A model generated the notes under the pieces. The model worked only from the letters and a program-made list of their open reading frames with translations. It was not told where the DNA came from and made no database searches. Source: Deltaproteobacteria bacterium (GTDB lineage: Bacteria > Desulfobacterota > Syntrophia > Syntrophales > UBA6807). From it: DNA of 64,000 nucleotides. Shown in pieces: positions 60,431 to 64,000 of this stretch; position 1 is the first letter of the stretch; each line of letters opens with the position of its first letter. Location of the stretch: positions 341-64,340 of the forward strand of contig JAFGQS010000018.1 in assembly GCA_016935565.1 (NCBI GenBank). The letters are read 5' to 3'. A program made the position numbers and the translations under genes.

Positions 60431-61499
60431 TCTGCACCCCCTTAACAATCCATCCGCCACCGATCAGGATATCTCCCTGATAGAAGACGGCAGCCTGACC
60501 GGGAGCTATAGCCTTCTGCGGGATATCAAACCGGACATAGACGGTGTCTGCACTATACTTCTTCCCATTGACCGGCGGGGGAACGGTAATTTCGGAAGCC
60601 GCACCCCGGTGGCGGTATCTTATATGCGTGGTGGCCCTGATAGTGGTTGCTGCCGAATAGATCTGGGAGGCCCAGGTGACGTTTCGGGCGATCAATCCTT
60701 TACAATACTGGTCTTCATCGCGGCCGACAATAACCTCATTTCTCTCTTTGTCGATTGCAAGAACATAATAGGGGCGCTCCGATGCAATGTTGAGACCCCG
60801 CCGCTGACCGATCGTCAGGGAATGAATGCCCCGGTGTTTTCCTACAATGTCGCCCTTTGCAGTGACAATATTCCCTGGTTGGAAATTGTGATCTTTTTCT
60901 ATGAATCCTCTGTAATCATCATCCGGGATAAAACAGATTTCCTGGCTTTCCCGTTCGGTCAAAAACCCGAAACCAAGATCGGACCCGATCTGTTTGACCT
61001 CGTCCTTTGTCATGCCTCCGTTGGGAAGAAGCAGTTTGCTCAATTCCTTTTGTCCGAGCTGAAAGAGAAAGTAAGTCTGGTCTTTCTTCCTGTCCTTTCC
61101 CCGACCGAGCCTGAGACCGTTGGTTCCGCCCAGGTTCTCGATGCGTGCGTAATGGCCGGTGGTAATATAATCGAGATTTCTCTTTTTTGCTTCATTGAAG
61201 AGATAGTGAATCTTGATCTTCTTATTACACACAACACATGGGTTGGGTGTCCGGGCTGCACTGTATTCAGCTACGAAATAATCAACGATGTCCTTCTTGA
61301 ATGACCCGGCTATATCGATCCGGTGAAGGGGGATCGAGAGTTTTTCGGCAACGCGGACCGCATCATCTTCGGCCCGGTTCGGGAAACCGTTATATATATA
61401 CAGGCCTTCCACACGGTAGCCTTTCTCTTTAAGCAAATACGCGGCAACTGCGCTGTCGACACCGCCGCTGACACCGATGAGAACACTTTTGGTATCCAT
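60423..61499 (-). CDS. mnmA: tRNA-specific 2-thiouridylase
   Basis: PP-loop GVSGGVDSAVAAYLL, plus CNKKIKIHYL and GHYARI motifs. Confidence 0.95.
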   Translation of the reverse strand: MDTKSVLIGVSGGVDSAVAAYLLKEKGYRVEGLYIYNGFPNRAEDDAVRVAEKLSIPLHRIDIAGSFKKDIVDYFVAEYSAARTPNPCVVCNKKIKIHYLFNEAKKRNLDYITTGHYARIENLGGTNGLRLGRGKDRKKDQTYFLFQLGQKELSKLLLPNGGMTKDEVKQIGSDLGFGFLTERESQEICFIPDDDYRGFIEKDHNFQPGNIVTAKGDIVGKHRGIHSLTIGQRRGLNIASERPYYVLAIDKERNEVIVGRDEDQYCKGLIARNVTWASQIYSAATTIRATTHIRYRHRGAASEITVPPPVNGKKYSADTVYVRFDIPQKAIAPGQAAVFYQGDILIGGGWIVKGVQSD

Positions 61500-61683
61500 C
61501 TTACCCTGGTTCCAAAAAGATTATGTGAAAAACGAAGTTTCTAAGCTTTCACACACGTTTTGTCAATCTTAAAAGAAAGTTTTAAATTAAACAAGGTGTT
61601 ATATTTTTCAAGCAGGCACAAGACCAGTCGGGTTCTATAGATTCACAGCCGAGATACGATTCAGTGAGAAATAAAATTAGTCC

Positions 61684-61712
61684 TTGACAAATATTTGATT
61701 TTGCCTTTAATT
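61684..61712 (+). promoter_or_regulatory. possible sigma70-type promoter ~380 nt upstream of ino1
   Basis: TTGACA (61684-61689), 17-nt spacer, TTAATT. The -10 element is weak, so this is tentative. Confidence 0.3.
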
Positions 61713-62088
61713 ACATATTGTTATTGTAAGTATAACATTACTTTTCATAAGAATTTTTTAAATGGCGAGAGGCAGGTATGGACCGCCTTAAGAAACCTCC
61801 GTATCCTTCTAAGAAAAGGTGGTTTTTCATTGATGTGGCCTGGCTGAGTGAAGCTGACATACCACCTTCGGCGTGATTATGCCTCATGCTCATGTCATAA
61901 AAAAACAAGTTTTTATTCACTTCGAGAGAGGCACAGCCTGTTTCGCGCCCGTTAGGCCACGTATGGCCACATGCTAAGATGGTGTAAAATATGTTGTACA
62001 ATCTTTTTCATATTAGCTTACAAGTACCTTGTTGTACCTTCATACAAAGCAGGTAACTTTTTAAGAAAAGGAGGTATAATAGATCATT

Positions 62089-63198
62089 ATGACTAGAATC
62101 GGAGTAGCAATCGTTGGTATCGGAAATTGTGCAAGTTCGCTGATTCAGGGCATTCATTACTACAAAAACAAATCCGAGGATGATGCTGTAGGTCTGATGC
62201 ACTGGGAAATCGGCGGTTATACCCCTGAAGACATCGAAGTTGTTGCGGCATTTGATATTGACGAACGAAAGGTTGGACTGGATGTGAATGAAGCCATCTT
62301 TTCCAAACCTAATTGTACCACCGTCTTTTGTTCAGATATTCCAAAAACCGGGGTTAAAGTCCGAATGGGTAAAATCCTGGACGGTTTCTCCGGCCATATG
62401 AAAAACTATGCAGACCAATACACCTTTGTCCTTGCCGGGGAACCTGAGCCGACAAAGTCGGAAACAGTAAAGGTCCTGCAGAATTCAGGTGCTGAGATTC
62501 TGTTGAATTACCTTCCTGTCGGTTCCGAAGAGGCAACCCGGTTCTATGCTGGTTGCGCTTTGGAAGCGGGCGTTGCCTTTGTGAACAACATGCCGATGTT
62601 TATTGCCAGTGATCCGGAATGGGCACAGCGGTTTAAAGAAAAGAATCTCCCGCTTATCGGTGATGATATCAAGGCGCAGCTGGGTGCTACCATTGTACAC
62701 AGAGTCCTCACCGATCTGTTTAATAAACGGGGTGTTAAGCTGGAACGGACGTATCAGTTGAATACCGGTGGCAATACGGACTTTCTGAACATGTTAAACC
62801 GTGCCCGGCTGATTTCCAAGAAAGAATCCAAAACCGAGGCTGTGCAGTCTGTTGCGGCTAAACGACTTAAAGATGAGAACATTCATGTCGGTCCGAGTGA
62901 TTATGTAGCTTGGCAAAAAGATAACAAAGTCTGTTTCCTGCGCATGGAAGGAAAATTGTTTGGTGATGTACCGATGAATCTTGAACTGCGACTTTCCGTT
63001 GAAGATTCGCCCAATTCAGCAGGGATAGTGATCGATGCCATCCGCTGTACCAAACTTGCACTGAATCGTAAACAAGGTGGAATTCTGACTGCACCCTGTG
63101 CATATTTTTGCAAACATCCGCCACAACAATTTACTGATGATGTGGCCTACAGGATGATCGAAGCGTTCATCCGGGATAAGGACATAAATACAGGGTAA
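62089..63198 (+). CDS. ino1: myo-inositol-1-phosphate synthase (short bacterial/archaeal type)
   Basis: MTRIGVAIVGIGNCASSLIQGIHYYK N-terminus. 369 aa. ..NTGGNTDFLNM.. motif. AAGGAGG upstream. Confidence 0.9.
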   Translation: MTRIGVAIVGIGNCASSLIQGIHYYKNKSEDDAVGLMHWEIGGYTPEDIEVVAAFDIDERKVGLDVNEAIFSKPNCTTVFCSDIPKTGVKVRMGKILDGFSGHMKNYADQYTFVLAGEPEPTKSETVKVLQNSGAEILLNYLPVGSEEATRFYAGCALEAGVAFVNNMPMFIASDPEWAQRFKEKNLPLIGDDIKAQLGATIVHRVLTDLFNKRGVKLERTYQLNTGGNTDFLNMLNRARLISKKESKTEAVQSVAAKRLKDENIHVGPSDYVAWQKDNKVCFLRMEGKLFGDVPMNLELRLSVEDSPNSAGIVIDAIRCTKLALNRKQGGILTAPCAYFCKHPPQQFTDDVAYRMIEAFIRDKDINTG

Positions 63199-63213
63199 CG
63201 AACTGTGAATTTT

Positions 63214-64000
63214 CTATTTTTCTTGCAGATCCTTTTCTTCACGGATCTCGGCTTTTGCCTGTGCGGCTTCCTGTGATAGTTCGAAACTGTTTGCCGTTTC
63301 TTCCAATACCTTTCTGGGTGTGCTGTCCACTGTGAACCTGAAGATGTCGGGCCTTGCGTAGTGCCCGGCCGTATCGAGCAAGCTTTTTTGACGTATGATA
63401 TGGCTCAGATTGATTTCAGCGACGGCCATTCCCTCTCCCTCCGGAAGCGGTCCGGCCAGATACCTGCCCTGTGGCGATACGACAGCCGTACAGATTCCTC
63501 CCTGTAAGAGATCCATCAAGTCCTCATCTGACGTGATTTCAGCCCGCTGCTTTTCATCCATCCAGCAGGTGGCATTGACTACAAAAGCCCCTGATTCCAT
63601 GGCGTGATGACGGATGGCGGCATCCAACTGATGGGACATATGTTCGCCAAGTATGGACCCGGGAAAATGGGAACAGTGGATCTGTTCCCCCTTGGCAATG
63701 AGGGTGTAACGGGCAAGAGGCATGTAGTGCTCCCAGCAGATCAGCGCTCCGATACGTCCCACGGCAGTTTCATACGTGGTCAAACCACTCCCGTCTCCCC
63801 AGCCCCAGATCATGCGTTCATAATAGGTGGGCATGATCTTTCGTCTTTTGCCGAGGAGCATGCCATCAGAATCAAATATGATCTGGGTGTTGTAGAGGCT
63901 GCATCCATCACGTTCGTTAACACCGAGTACAACGACCGTCCCGGATTTAGCCGCGGCTGCACCCACGGATTCTGTAACAGGTCCAGGAATCTCCACGGCC
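63214..64000 (-). CDS. nitrilase / carbon-nitrogen hydrolase family protein; 5' end outside the window
   Basis: Open to the window edge. Catalytic Cys context GALICWEHYMPLARY. Also CSLYNTQIIFD and RKIMPTYYER. Confidence 0.85.
   Translation of the reverse strand, partial: AVEIPGPVTESVGAAAAKSGTVVVLGVNERDGCSLYNTQIIFDSDGMLLGKRRKIMPTYYERMIWGWGDGSGLTTYETAVGRIGALICWEHYMPLARYTLIAKGEQIHCSHFPGSILGEHMSHQLDAAIRHHAMESGAFVVNATCWMDEKQRAEITSDEDLMDLLQGGICTAVVSPQGRYLAGPLPEGEGMAVAEINLSHIIRQKSLLDTAGHYARPDIFRFTVDSTPRKVLEETANSFELSQEAAQAKAEIREEKDLQEK

Noticed and set aside
60408-61304. 298-aa ORF on the plus strand
   Set aside because: It is entirely antisense to mnmA, which has clear PP-loop motifs. It has low-complexity composition and no motifs. 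The same reasoning applies to other long shadow ORFs: 12327-12950 (antisense to recC), 55223-55777 (der), 41691-42221 (dxr), 3874-4407 (ptsP), 51848-52306 and 52574-52990 (liv permeases).
61738-62001. 87-aa minus-strand ORF in the mnmA-ino1 gap
   Set aside because: It has a TTG start with no RBS and no recognisable motifs, and it overlaps two plus-strand mini-ORFs. Its coding status is undecidable, so I did not annotate it.

Overview
A 64-kb, moderately AT-rich bacterial chromosomal segment, probably from a Gram-negative anaerobe. That guess rests on lipoprotein signals, rubrerythrin, a RecBCD operon and the pcm/nlpD pair; I cannot assign taxonomy from sequence alone. I support about 57 protein-coding genes, almost all housekeeping.

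Main gene blocks:
- ptsP
- a frameshifted FAD/Fe-S oxidoreductase
- rbr
- recC-recB-recD
- pgm
- a minus-strand pcm-yqaA-nlpD cluster
- gpmI, a macro-domain gene and a radical SAM gene
- an M23 peptidase, secA and argJ
- the conserved rpsB-tsf-pyrH-frr-uppS-cdsA-dxr-rseP-tsaB block
- psd-pssA-asd-rsmD-coaD and an aminotransferase
- a long minus-strand run: mnmA-mtaB-rnc-(ELP3-like radical SAM)-era-der-livKHMGF
- ino1 and a partial nitrilase

I found no rRNA, tRNA, CRISPR array, transposase, integrase or phage genes.

Signals worth a second look:
1. The cofactor-independent phosphoglycerate mutase is cleanly circularly permuted: the canonical C-terminal ~295 residues come before the canonical N-terminal ~215 residues in one intact ORF.
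2. One large FAD/Fe-S oxidoreductase gene is broken twice, each time by a 1-nt shortfall in a homopolymer (G7 and A7). It also has a very Met/Pro-rich tail.
3. Two copies of a ~90-126-nt element, in inverted orientation, bracket an 8.5-kb block.
4. A dispersed family of heptanucleotide tandem repeats (TCAGCNN and its complement) sits just outside stop codons in several intergenic spacers.
5. A WD40-repeat lipoprotein runs into a caspase-like domain at the window edge.
6. An ELP3-like radical SAM gene lacking an acetyltransferase domain is embedded in an RNA-modification/GTPase operon.

All calls come from reading the translations and the DNA by eye. No database search was run.
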